IMG/VR virus record: IMGVR_UViG_3300038443_002533
Coordinates: 208,471 to 272,470 of that record
Strand: one strand, 5' to 3'
DNA length: 64,000 bases
DNA from: a virus
Lineage: Duplodnaviria; Caudoviricetes
Shown here: one piece after another, positions 10,121 through 19,056 of the stretch
How positions within the stretch are numbered: position 1 is the stretch's first letter
How the letters are laid out: each line of letters opens with the position of its first letter
Notes under the pieces: model-generated
Told to the model about the DNA's origin: nothing
What the model saw: only the letters and a program-made list of their open reading frames with translations
The model's database searches: none
Made by a program: the position numbers and the translations under genes

Positions 10121-11329
10121 ATGCCTAACCAATTTAACAGAAATAGAGTGTCGACCATGGAACAAGACGACGTCGTAACGTTTTACGGGAAGGTCCGCAT
10201 CGCCACGATTAAACCTGGCGATACCGAACAAGGGGGCTTGACCCACTTTCAAGTCAATACCCGCTATGTGAACAATACCCGGCAAATCGTGCGGGTCAAA
10301 CATCGTTCGAATTTGGAAACCAGCTTTCCGGCGGTGCCGGTGCGGAGCCCTTATGCGCACGATGAAATGTTTATCGTTAGAAAAGAATTGGTGGTATCTA
10401 TCACTTGTATCGAAGCGATGCGCAGCTATTTCGTCAACCTGCCAGAAGGCGGCGAAGTCACGAGTGAACTCGAATGCTTTCGCAGAGCGTTTCTGCAAGT
10501 GTATGAAAATGTGTTTCGGGTCCATCAACCGCGGGAACTGCGGGCGGTGGTCGAACACACCTTCACCGAGAAAGATCTGGAAAGCCATGGCGGGATCTTC
10601 TACCATGATGAACTCGATCTGCTGATCAAGACCGGTGACGCACCGTTTGAGATCGCCCATCCGAACAGTCCGCTGGGTCGGCAACACACCCTCGAAGAGC
10701 GTGCCGTGCAACTACGCGATGAGCACGGTTTCATCTTCTGGATAGAAATTATTGATAACCTAGAAAGGTATGATGAACGTTTCGTACCGATCTGTAACCA
10801 GGTGTACAAGATCGTACCCAAGAAAGATAAAAATAGACCGGATGGGTTGTATATTGTATCGAGCAAACCGTCAGCAGGTCGGATTACGTCCACCGAAATC
10901 TCGACCCGGCATTACCCGATGGAAGATATCGAAAAGGAACTCGGTATCTACAGCAGCTACGAGTCCGCCAAAGCCAACGGCGATGTGGCTGGGGCACGAC
11001 GGCGTGAGATGCAAGAACGGGAGCACGAGTTTGCTCGACAAAAGCAAGAGTGGAACGAAACCGAACTGCGCTATAAACGTGAAGCGATCGAACGCGACCG
11101 CGCGTTAAAGGACGCTGAAGCAGAACGTCAACGCCAGAACCAGACGATGGACGATCTGCGGGAACGGCAAACCCACCTGATGAAAATGCAAGAAATGCAA
11201 AACAAAGAGCGTTTCGACCAACGCCAAGCGGAACGAAAAGATGCGTCTGAGATGATCAAGTTCTTACCTGTGATCCTCTCTGGCATCGGCACGATTCTGA
11301 TGGCCTGGTCAACGTTCCGCGGTAAGTAG
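10121..11329 (+). CDS. Conserved protein upstream of the nvRNAP subunit; C-terminal coiled coil and hydrophobic tail
   Basis: E/R/Q-rich helix (about aa 290-375), then FLPVILSGIGTILMAWSTF. Start could be 10157. Confidence 0.65.
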   Translation: MPNQFNRNRVSTMEQDDVVTFYGKVRIATIKPGDTEQGGLTHFQVNTRYVNNTRQIVRVKHRSNLETSFPAVPVRSPYAHDEMFIVRKELVVSITCIEAMRSYFVNLPEGGEVTSELECFRRAFLQVYENVFRVHQPRELRAVVEHTFTEKDLESHGGIFYHDELDLLIKTGDAPFEIAHPNSPLGRQHTLEERAVQLRDEHGFIFWIEIIDNLERYDERFVPICNQVYKIVPKKDKNRPDGLYIVSSKPSAGRITSTEISTRHYPMEDIEKELGIYSSYESAKANGDVAGARRREMQEREHEFARQKQEWNETELRYKREAIERDRALKDAEAERQRQNQTMDDLRERQTHLMKMQEMQNKERFDQRQAERKDASEMIKFLPVILSGIGTILMAWSTFRGK

Positions 11330-11363
11330 AATAATCCCAACCCGTAACAAAGGAGCTGCGTAC

Positions 11364-13058
11364 ATGGATCCCTCCCTTCGATCTTTTGTGATCGACGATT
11401 TCCCACCTCTGAATATGAAAGTGGCCGAAGGGTTCGCGGTATCGGAAATCCCCAAGTCCGAACGCTTTATCAAGATGTTGTTCGAATCGATCGTCGATAC
11501 CTTCCCGCCGGGATTGCGGTTTGTCGACGCGCAGCGCTGTACGCCGATGGAAGAATACCGGGAAGCCACCAAACGACATAACCAAAAGTCGTCGAAGAAT
11601 TCCCAGCGTTCGCAATTCGACATCGCCAAGTCGAACGTGTACATGATGAAATACCTGTTCGAGTACACGCCACCCGGCAGCCAAGTCACGATCCAACTCA
11701 AGCCGCGCTATCTGTATTTGCCCTGGGTCGACGATGGCGGCTTCATCAAGATCAGCGATTCGCTGTACACGATTTCGCCGGTGGCGGCAGACCGGGTGAT
11801 CTCGGTGATGCGCAAAACTATCTTCGTGCGCCTGATCAAATCGCGCTTCAACATCAACCGCATCAGCCAGCATTTCAAAGTGGACAACGTCGATACGTTC
11901 GCTCACGTGGTGTGGTCGAAGATTCACCAAAAGAAAGTGGTGCGCGACAAGAACGATCCGGACAGCGTGGTGGCAGAATCGACCCTCGGCCATTACCTGT
12001 TCTGCAAGTACGGTGTGCTGGAAGCGTTCCGGCAATTCGCGGGTACCAACGTCGTGGTGGGCGATGCCGAACACATCACCGAAGAGAAATACCCGCCGGA
12101 CCAATGGCACATCGCGCGGACCTCGCGCAATGAACTCAACGGTCACCCGAATGGGCGGCGCGCCGAGACCTATCGACCGACCCGACTGCGGATCGCGATC
12201 CCGCGTGGTCAAGACACTCCGATGGTGCACAACCTGATCGGGGCGTTCTTCTATCTGGCCGATCGCTTCCCGGATCGCCTGGCGTATTTGCAAGAATACG
12301 TGGTGCGCCAAGATGAGCAGAAGCTGGCCCACGAACGGCGGATGTGGACGCTGATCCTGGGGCATCTGGTGGCACCGGGTTCGCCTGAAGGTAAAGTGCT
12401 GAAGGAAATGGACAGCCACATGCGGTCGCTCGATGAATACATCGACCCGATCGTGAAAGAGCAGTTGAAGAACATCGGCTATCAAGTGGACAACGTGTAC
12501 CAGTTGTTTGCCCGCTTGATCCAGGACTTCGACCCGCTGTTGCTGGCCAACCGCAGTAAGCTCTCGTCGATGTATGACAAAGAGCTGAACGTGCTCCAGT
12601 TCGTGTTGTTCGAAATCAGCAAGAACATCATGGAACTCGGGTTCCACATGCTCAAGCTGTGCGAAGAATCGAACCTGTCGCCCGAGAAGCTCAACAGCGC
12701 ATTCGGCAACAAGATCCGTACCGGCGCGATCTTCCACATCTACAAGTCGTCTGGTGCGGTTTCCGCCAACTCGTACCCGGGCGATAACAAGGTGTTCAAG
12801 ATTACCACCCTGTTGGTGCCGCAACAACACACCAACAAAGGCGGTCGTAAGAAGGGTGGTTTGCAGCTGTCCGATCCGATCAACCAACTGCACATCTCGG
12901 TGGTTGAAGTCGGCGGGTATGCCAACCTGCCCAAATCGCAGCCGTCGGGTCACTTCCGCATCAATCCCTTCGTGGGCTTGACACTGGACAACGTGATCAG
13001 GCGTCATGCGGAACTGGTCGACGTCTACGACGACGCCCAGCGCAAGATCGAAATGTAA
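11364..13058 (+). CDS. Non-virion RNA polymerase beta-subunit N-terminal fragment (phiKZ gp123-like)
   Basis: 564 aa, position after MCP, N-terminal PPLNMKVAEGFA and CTPMEEY, LKPRYLYLPW, LHISVVEVG and GHFRINPF segments recalled from gp123-like proteins. Confidence 0.75.
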   Translation: MDPSLRSFVIDDFPPLNMKVAEGFAVSEIPKSERFIKMLFESIVDTFPPGLRFVDAQRCTPMEEYREATKRHNQKSSKNSQRSQFDIAKSNVYMMKYLFEYTPPGSQVTIQLKPRYLYLPWVDDGGFIKISDSLYTISPVAADRVISVMRKTIFVRLIKSRFNINRISQHFKVDNVDTFAHVVWSKIHQKKVVRDKNDPDSVVAESTLGHYLFCKYGVLEAFRQFAGTNVVVGDAEHITEEKYPPDQWHIARTSRNELNGHPNGRRAETYRPTRLRIAIPRGQDTPMVHNLIGAFFYLADRFPDRLAYLQEYVVRQDEQKLAHERRMWTLILGHLVAPGSPEGKVLKEMDSHMRSLDEYIDPIVKEQLKNIGYQVDNVYQLFARLIQDFDPLLLANRSKLSSMYDKELNVLQFVLFEISKNIMELGFHMLKLCEESNLSPEKLNSAFGNKIRTGAIFHIYKSSGAVSANSYPGDNKVFKITTLLVPQQHTNKGGRKKGGLQLSDPINQLHISVVEVGGYANLPKSQPSGHFRINPFVGLTLDNVIRRHAELVDVYDDAQRKIEM

Positions 13059-13094
13059 GTCGTATCCAGAACTAACAACAGCGAGGATATCACC

Positions 13095-13253
13095 ATGGAG
13101 CAAGAACCGAAACCGCCTGACACACCGCCACCGATCTCACTCACCGACCGGTGGCGCCGCATTCGGCGCCAGCAGGATATCCAGCGCGATCTGGAAGCCT
13201 GTGCTGAAGTCATCACCAAACACTTGATCGACAAGATCAAGCGCAAACGCTAA
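13095..13253 (+). CDS. Small basic hypothetical protein (52 aa, not in ORF track)
   Basis: CAA-rich leader and GAGGA RBS (ACTAACAACAGCGAGGATATCACCATG); MEQEPKPPDTPPPISLTDRWRR...KIKRKR. Confidence 0.6.
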   Translation: MEQEPKPPDTPPPISLTDRWRRIRRQQDIQRDLEACAEVITKHLIDKIKRKR

Positions 13254-13277
13254 TCACAACAAAAAAGGAACATCGCC

Positions 13278-15200
13278 ATGTACAATCCGAATCAACTGCA
13301 ATTCCCGCCCGATCAGTTCCTGGTGGCGCCGATGCCGATCGACCCGCAACGTCCACCGATCATGTTCGACATCCGCTGCGCGCCGTGGCTGCAAAACTAC
13401 GTGCCGTGGATCACCGGCATCATGATGGACATGATCACGCGCGAAGCTCAGGGTCCGGTGTCGATCCACTTCTACAACCGCATGTCCCAGGGCAACTGGA
13501 ACAACCCGGAATTCGCCGGCGAGGTGGCGAACTGCGCGGACTTCATCTACATCCAAGCGGGCGCTAACCAAGCCCCGCAGGAAATCCCGCGTTACATCCA
13601 GATGTATCTGGCGCTGCGCTCCAAGTTCGAAGTGCAGCTCACACCAGCACTGCGGGGTTTCATCGCCCAGCCGGATCAACCGCTGTTCGATCAAGCGATC
13701 AACCAGTTCCGACAGATCATCGACCAGATCCTGCAAATCCGTGGCGGCGGTGCCCCGGCGGCACAGCAGATGCGTCCAGCGCCGCAAGTCGGTGGTTATC
13801 CGGCACCGGTCGGTGCAGCGCCGTATGGGTCGATGGCGCCGGCCGTGGGTGGCTACCAAGCCCAACCGCAAGCAGGCGCCTACGTGCCGCCGGGTTCGCG
13901 GCAAAGTGGTGGCGGCCGCGATTACGGTTCGCCAGCACCGGCTTTCCAACCGCCGCCGCAAGCTCCGCAAGCGCAGCCGCAGCGTGCTCCAGTGGCGCAA
14001 GCGCCGGTGACGGCACCGACGGCGGCCGCACCAGCACCCACCGGCCCGCGTCTGGAAGACCTGGTCGATCCGGATAAAGTCAAGTGGAATCCGGTCCCGA
14101 CCATGTCGCCGATGCTGTACAACCCCGTCAAGGTCAAGATGATGTATACGCTGGACCCCGAAGGCCATACCAACACTCAACTCGTCATTACCAACATGGA
14201 TCCCATCAATTACGATCGCCACAACATCGACACGCTCTTCGGCCGGGTGCCTGCCAACATGCCCGTGCAGAAAGACAACGCGCCGATCGTGGTCGAACTC
14301 AAGGAAGCGGTGAACCAGGCGTTGGAAGAAAGCCAGGAAGTCGACGACGAGAAAGAGCGCGTGTATGAAACCCTGGGGCTGCGCAACGTCATCGCCACCT
14401 TCAGCCTGGAAGAAGCGATCCTCGACGCCCGCACCGAGATGGAAGCCAAGGTCGACCGCGACAACCGGCCGATGGTGTTCCAAGCGTACGCGCAGATCTA
14501 TACCCCGATCATGGGGGACAAGACCGAGTACGAGCTGATCCGCAAGCTGGGTGAATCGAACAGCTACCTGGAACTGCGTGAAAAGCTGGTGGCTGCCGGC
14601 GGTACGGCGTCGCCCGCGCTGCTGACCGACATCAGCCTGAAGCTGACCAACCTGATGAACGAGATCCTGCGCACGCGTCTGTCGATCCCTGCCGAGAACC
14701 TCGAAGTCGAAGATTTCGCCACCGATCTGGACGCCCTCTTCGATGCACTGAAGAAAACGTTCGGCGAAAACGGCGACCGCATCTACCGTGCTTTCATCAA
14801 GGACCAGCAGAAACGCATCCAGGCGATGTTCAACGCGCCGAATCTGGACGAGGAATCGGGCCGGGATCTGCACGCGAGCCTGCTCGAAGGTCGCCTGACC
14901 GGCAGCTGGGATGATCGTAAAGATACCCCAGCGTTCACGTTCTTCGGCCCGAACGTGCGCATCACCTTCATCAACGTGCTGTCGCACGATCTGCTGATCC
15001 AGGGCATGCGTGGTCTCGGCAACGTGATCACCAAGCAACACAGCGGGGTGTTGTACGATCTGGCGGTGTCGCTGTTCCAAATCGATACCGGTGATCTGGT
15101 GATCGATCGCCAGTACGTGGTCTCGCTTGACGGTCGGGTGATGGAAATCACGCAAGGTTTGTTCGTCGAACCGTCCTACCTGCTGTCGTTGGTGAAATAA
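13278..15200 (+). CDS. Conserved hypothetical protein with central Pro/Gln/Ala/Gly low-complexity linker
   Basis: AAAGGA RBS, strong codon bias, 640 aa; linker about 13742-14050. Confidence 0.7.
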   Translation: MYNPNQLQFPPDQFLVAPMPIDPQRPPIMFDIRCAPWLQNYVPWITGIMMDMITREAQGPVSIHFYNRMSQGNWNNPEFAGEVANCADFIYIQAGANQAPQEIPRYIQMYLALRSKFEVQLTPALRGFIAQPDQPLFDQAINQFRQIIDQILQIRGGGAPAAQQMRPAPQVGGYPAPVGAAPYGSMAPAVGGYQAQPQAGAYVPPGSRQSGGGRDYGSPAPAFQPPPQAPQAQPQRAPVAQAPVTAPTAAAPAPTGPRLEDLVDPDKVKWNPVPTMSPMLYNPVKVKMMYTLDPEGHTNTQLVITNMDPINYDRHNIDTLFGRVPANMPVQKDNAPIVVELKEAVNQALEESQEVDDEKERVYETLGLRNVIATFSLEEAILDARTEMEAKVDRDNRPMVFQAYAQIYTPIMGDKTEYELIRKLGESNSYLELREKLVAAGGTASPALLTDISLKLTNLMNEILRTRLSIPAENLEVEDFATDLDALFDALKKTFGENGDRIYRAFIKDQQKRIQAMFNAPNLDEESGRDLHASLLEGRLTGSWDDRKDTPAFTFFGPNVRITFINVLSHDLLIQGMRGLGNVITKQHSGVLYDLAVSLFQIDTGDLVIDRQYVVSLDGRVMEITQGLFVEPSYLLSLVK

Positions 15201-15220
15201 GTTTAACGTGGTGAGCTTTG

Positions 15221-15254
15221 TCAGGGGTTCGGTTCGCCGACCCCTGATTTTTTT
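15221..15254 (+). terminator. Intrinsic terminator
   Basis: TCAGGGG...CCCCTGA stem followed by TTTTTTT. Confidence 0.8.
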
Positions 15255-15269
15255 ACCCTCTTTTTAGGA

Positions 15270-15596
15270 ATGACCATGGGCGTACAAATCAATATTCAGT
15301 TACATGCGGAGGACGGACAAGACCATCCGGAATTGCATGAACGCGTATCGAACGTGGTCATGGCTGGGGTGATTCGGGGGATGGAACAAGTCTATCGGAA
15401 TACCGCAGCCTTCGATCCGGTCACTGGTGAGTTGTTGTATAACACCCCGTACCCGGATGAGGAAGCCGCGCATCTCCTGTCCCATGTCCAAGTCGCTTCA
15501 CCTCAAGCGGTCTTGAATATCTTGGCGCAGATCGATCAAGACGATGAAGTCGGTAGCATGGACGGGGCCATCATTCGCCCGGTGTGGGAGGATTGA
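15270..15596 (+). CDS. Hypothetical protein
   Basis: 108 aa; TGATG coupling to the next ORF. Confidence 0.55.
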   Translation: MTMGVQINIQLHAEDGQDHPELHERVSNVVMAGVIRGMEQVYRNTAAFDPVTGELLYNTPYPDEEAAHLLSHVQVASPQAVLNILAQIDQDDEVGSMDGAIIRPVWED

Positions 15597-15868
15597 TGGC
15601 TGAGATTCCCAAATTCCAAGTGCGGGTCACCATCTCGTGCGATGATCCCCAGGAAGCTACCGAGAAAGAATCCCAACTGGTAAAAGCCATCGCATCGGCG
15701 TTTTTGCGCATGGGTGTGACCAGTGTCACGGCAATCGCGGACAATGAACACGTGAATTACGTGGACAATGAAGTGCATAACGTGACCACAGGGGATTTGT
15801 TCCGTACCGATCCGCTGGCGCCATTGGACGTGTATCTGGTCGGTCAAGGTCCCGCCTCGATCAATTGA
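15596..15868 (+). CDS. Hypothetical protein
   Basis: Start overlaps the previous stop (TGATG) with a GGAGG RBS; 90 aa. Confidence 0.55.
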   Translation: MAEIPKFQVRVTISCDDPQEATEKESQLVKAIASAFLRMGVTSVTAIADNEHVNYVDNEVHNVTTGDLFRTDPLAPLDVYLVGQGPASIN

Positions 15869-15888
15869 TCTCCTCGTTGTACTGACGG

Positions 15889-15927
15889 CATACCCCCTCC
15901 TACCCGCAAGGGTAGGAGGGGACTATG
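15889..15927. terminator. CATA...TATG-closed hairpin between convergent genes
   Basis: CATACCCCCTCCTACCC-GCAA-GGGTAGGAGGGGACTATG. Confidence 0.7.
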
Positions 15928-15951
15928 TCCGTCTCTTTCTTTTTTGGTTAC

Positions 15952-18900
15952 TTACGTCGCACGGTCTGCATCTTTGTTCTCGTCTTCTTCCGACTTGGCC
16001 TCATTCTGGCTGTTGTCGGCTGGAGTCGATTCCTCTTCTGCATTGCCGCCGTCGTCCGGCACTGGCGTAGCTGCCGGTTCTTCTTCCTCCGGTTCCTGAG
16101 TCGGTTCCGAAGCCGAGGCGCTGTCTACGCTGGCGTCAGCGTTGGCATCCACATCGGTGGGTGTTTCAGCGTTGTCCAGCGATGCGTCACCGCTACCGCC
16201 ATCCAACTCCGCATCACCGCCGCCCTCACCACCACCCGTGTCGAAGTTGAAGCTGGTATCACCCATCCCAAAATCGTCACCGCCGCCACTACCCGTATCG
16301 CCGAAGCCACCGCTGTCACCGAAACCACCACTGCTGCCAAAGCCACCGCCCGAGTCACTGCCGAAGCTCGACGTCGAGCCGGTTTCGATACCAGCTTTCT
16401 TCAGTGCTTCTGCGGTTTTCTCTTTGGCCTTCTTATTGGCCACGAGCAGGGTTTCGACGATGTCCATGATCGACGCGTTGTGCGCGGCTTGGATTTCAGC
16501 GATATCCACATCGGTTTCGCCTTCTTCGTTCTTGGCAGTCAATGCAGCCAGCTCAGGGAGCAGACCATTCTTGATTTGCCAATCCCGCAGCAGGTATGCT
16601 TTCATCTGTGCTGCCACGATGCCGATATGGCTGGCCACCTCATCACCCACCACGGCCGGGTCCATCATGTCCGGCGAGATCCAGGCTTTGATCGCTTCTT
16701 CCACCAGCTGGCTTTGCTTGGTGTACAAGTCACCCAGGTTTTCCAGTTTGGTGGTATCCGGTTCTGGCAGCGTCATTTGGAAACCACCGACGAAGTCTTC
16801 GATCAGTTCCCGAATGAAACGCGCCTTGGCCAGCGGATTGTCTTCCAGTTCTTTCTTGGTCACCCGTTCGCCGTTGGCCATTTCCAGGTGGTCATCGTCT
16901 TGAATGTCTTTGATGATGTCCTTGTAGTTGCTGGTCAAGATATCGATCAGTTCATCCACCAGATCACCACTGTTGATGATGTGCTTACGGATATGGGCCG
17001 AGACTTGCGGGGTGAACTTCTGTTGAAGCATCATGGCCCGCTTCGACAACAACGTCGAGTTGTTGACCACCGAACGTGCAAAGTCCGCACCGGTCGCCGC
17101 ATCCACCATTTCCGGGGTCAGCCAGAATGACATCAGCCGGCGCTTGCGCAAGTCTTCCATGACCTTGCCATCAGGCGGTTGGTAGTTCGAATTCTTTTCC
17201 GAAAAGTCCACCGACATATCGGGCAGACGGGGACTGCCGGAGAAACTGAATTCAAACGCGCTGCGCTGCAACCCTTCCTTGATGTCGAGCGGATCGATCG
17301 TGCCGAGCGGGAAACCATTGCTGTTGACCCGCATCATTTCGCCGATGCCTTGTTCGATGGCTTTCCACGGATCGGGCGTATGTTCATCCAGCTTGATGTC
17401 GACGTGGGTGCGACCGATGGCATTGCGCAGCGTGCCCATGATGGTGCCAACCATCAAGTTCGCTTGCATCGAGTCGATGATCTTGGTGTTTTCCAAGAGA
17501 CTCCGACCGGTGCCATTCGGGTTGTACTCGAACGCCATGTAGGTCATGTACTCGACCGGGATGAACAGCAACTGCGTGTACTGGTTGGCCATCGAGCGCG
17601 CCAGCATCAGGTTGTAGACTTCTTCGTGGCCGGCAATTTCGACATTGCCCACCACAAAACCATTCTTCATCCGCTGCTTGAGTTCCCGATCCAGCATGCT
17701 GCCATACATCTGGGCCGCAGTCGCATACGCATTGCCTTGACCGTAGAGCGTCGAGTTATCGCCCATCGCCAGACCAGCACGCTGAATCATCGACGAGGAG
17801 AAGCTATTGGTTTGCAGACTCGCCCCGAGCTGCCGGTAATGGTTGGTACCCATGCCGCGGTTGATCGGATTGCCTTCGCCATCGAGGATCAGCCAGAAAC
17901 CGATTTGCTTACTCGGTTGATTCGGCACGTGGACTGGGATCACCGCTTCCGAGGGGAAGTGGATTTCGAGCGGCATGCCAACCGAACGCCGCTTGAGCTT
18001 TTCTTGGCTCTTGACTTCCTTCACCACGGTGTGCTGGGTGTTGGGGCGGTGGAAGGTTCGGTTCATCACCGCATCATTCGACATCCGACTCGGGTCGATA
18101 GTCGGTGCCATCCGCCGGGTGATCGATTCGGCCGACAGGGCCGAGGTCCGTCCCACGATTTCATGGATCTTTTGTTGCCGGATCTTTTCACTGACCAGCG
18201 GCATTTTCAAAAGACCAATATTGTCTGTCACCGTCACAAACGTGTCCAGTTCCATCGCCGGGTCTTTGTCAGTGGCGGGCAACTCGAAGCGGATCTGGTT
18301 GTCCCAGGTCTTGTTGGGTTTGTGGGTCAGCAGATGTTCCAGTGCCAGCCCGATACCGCTCTTGTAACCGGCTTCCCGATCCAGTTGCGCTTTCTGACGG
18401 TCGGACGGACCCAGCACGCCGAGCGATTGGATCTGACCATCCGGACGCAGCACGCTTTGCAGACTCTCCAGCGAGACGCTGCCGTTGCCGTGGATCAAAT
18501 CGTCGACCGCGTTCTCAGGCAGCACCGCCACCGGATAGCTACCCCGCCGGAATAGGATATCTTCCAGCATCTCCGGCAGCCGCGGCTTTATTTTATAGAC
18601 TTCGTCCAGGTACTTGCGCACGGCGTTAACCATTGTGGCGTTCACTTCATGCGGCAGGTCCCAGTGGGACAGGTCCGCTTTGTAGTTCACTTCCACTCCG
18701 ACCATGTCTTTCGGCGACAAAATCACCGATACCAGAATCGCGGCTGCCAGGTCCGTATCGGACAGCAGTTGCCGGATGGTTTCATGGTCGTTGACGTTTT
18801 GCATCCCTTCGTGAGCGATACCGCGCAACGCGGCCAAATTCACGCCGGTCCCTTGGGCAGCCATGGCATCAGTGGTCCGCTGGACCCGCTGATCGACCAC

Positions 18901-19020
18901 CAGCTTACTCATCAACGCAGCCGCTTTGGGGTTTTGTTTGACCAGTCGAATGGCTGGTACCCGAACGCCTGAATTTTGCATTTCAAGAGGATTCAATTGG
19001 TCCCCAGTTTGCATCGGCAT
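15952..19020 (-). CDS. Probable portal protein (phiKZ gp129-like) with long acidic Gly-rich C-terminal tail
   Basis: 1022 aa, divergent from two structural genes as recalled for phiKZ gp127-129; S/A-x-E sites (SLES, ALEH, SAES); disordered acidic tail. Confidence 0.6.
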   Translation of the reverse strand: MPMQTGDQLNPLEMQNSGVRVPAIRLVKQNPKAAALMSKLVVDQRVQRTTDAMAAQGTGVNLAALRGIAHEGMQNVNDHETIRQLLSDTDLAAAILVSVILSPKDMVGVEVNYKADLSHWDLPHEVNATMVNAVRKYLDEVYKIKPRLPEMLEDILFRRGSYPVAVLPENAVDDLIHGNGSVSLESLQSVLRPDGQIQSLGVLGPSDRQKAQLDREAGYKSGIGLALEHLLTHKPNKTWDNQIRFELPATDKDPAMELDTFVTVTDNIGLLKMPLVSEKIRQQKIHEIVGRTSALSAESITRRMAPTIDPSRMSNDAVMNRTFHRPNTQHTVVKEVKSQEKLKRRSVGMPLEIHFPSEAVIPVHVPNQPSKQIGFWLILDGEGNPINRGMGTNHYRQLGASLQTNSFSSSMIQRAGLAMGDNSTLYGQGNAYATAAQMYGSMLDRELKQRMKNGFVVGNVEIAGHEEVYNLMLARSMANQYTQLLFIPVEYMTYMAFEYNPNGTGRSLLENTKIIDSMQANLMVGTIMGTLRNAIGRTHVDIKLDEHTPDPWKAIEQGIGEMMRVNSNGFPLGTIDPLDIKEGLQRSAFEFSFSGSPRLPDMSVDFSEKNSNYQPPDGKVMEDLRKRRLMSFWLTPEMVDAATGADFARSVVNNSTLLSKRAMMLQQKFTPQVSAHIRKHIINSGDLVDELIDILTSNYKDIIKDIQDDDHLEMANGERVTKKELEDNPLAKARFIRELIEDFVGGFQMTLPEPDTTKLENLGDLYTKQSQLVEEAIKAWISPDMMDPAVVGDEVASHIGIVAAQMKAYLLRDWQIKNGLLPELAALTAKNEEGETDVDIAEIQAAHNASIMDIVETLLVANKKAKEKTAEALKKAGIETGSTSSFGSDSGGGFGSSGGFGDSGGFGDTGSGGGDDFGMGDTSFNFDTGGGEGGGDAELDGGSGDASLDNAETPTDVDANADASVDSASASEPTQEPEEEEPAATPVPDDGGNAEEESTPADNSQNEAKSEEDENKDADRAT

Positions 19021-19056
19021 AACTAACCTCTTCTCAGTTTCTCATTAGGGATAGTC

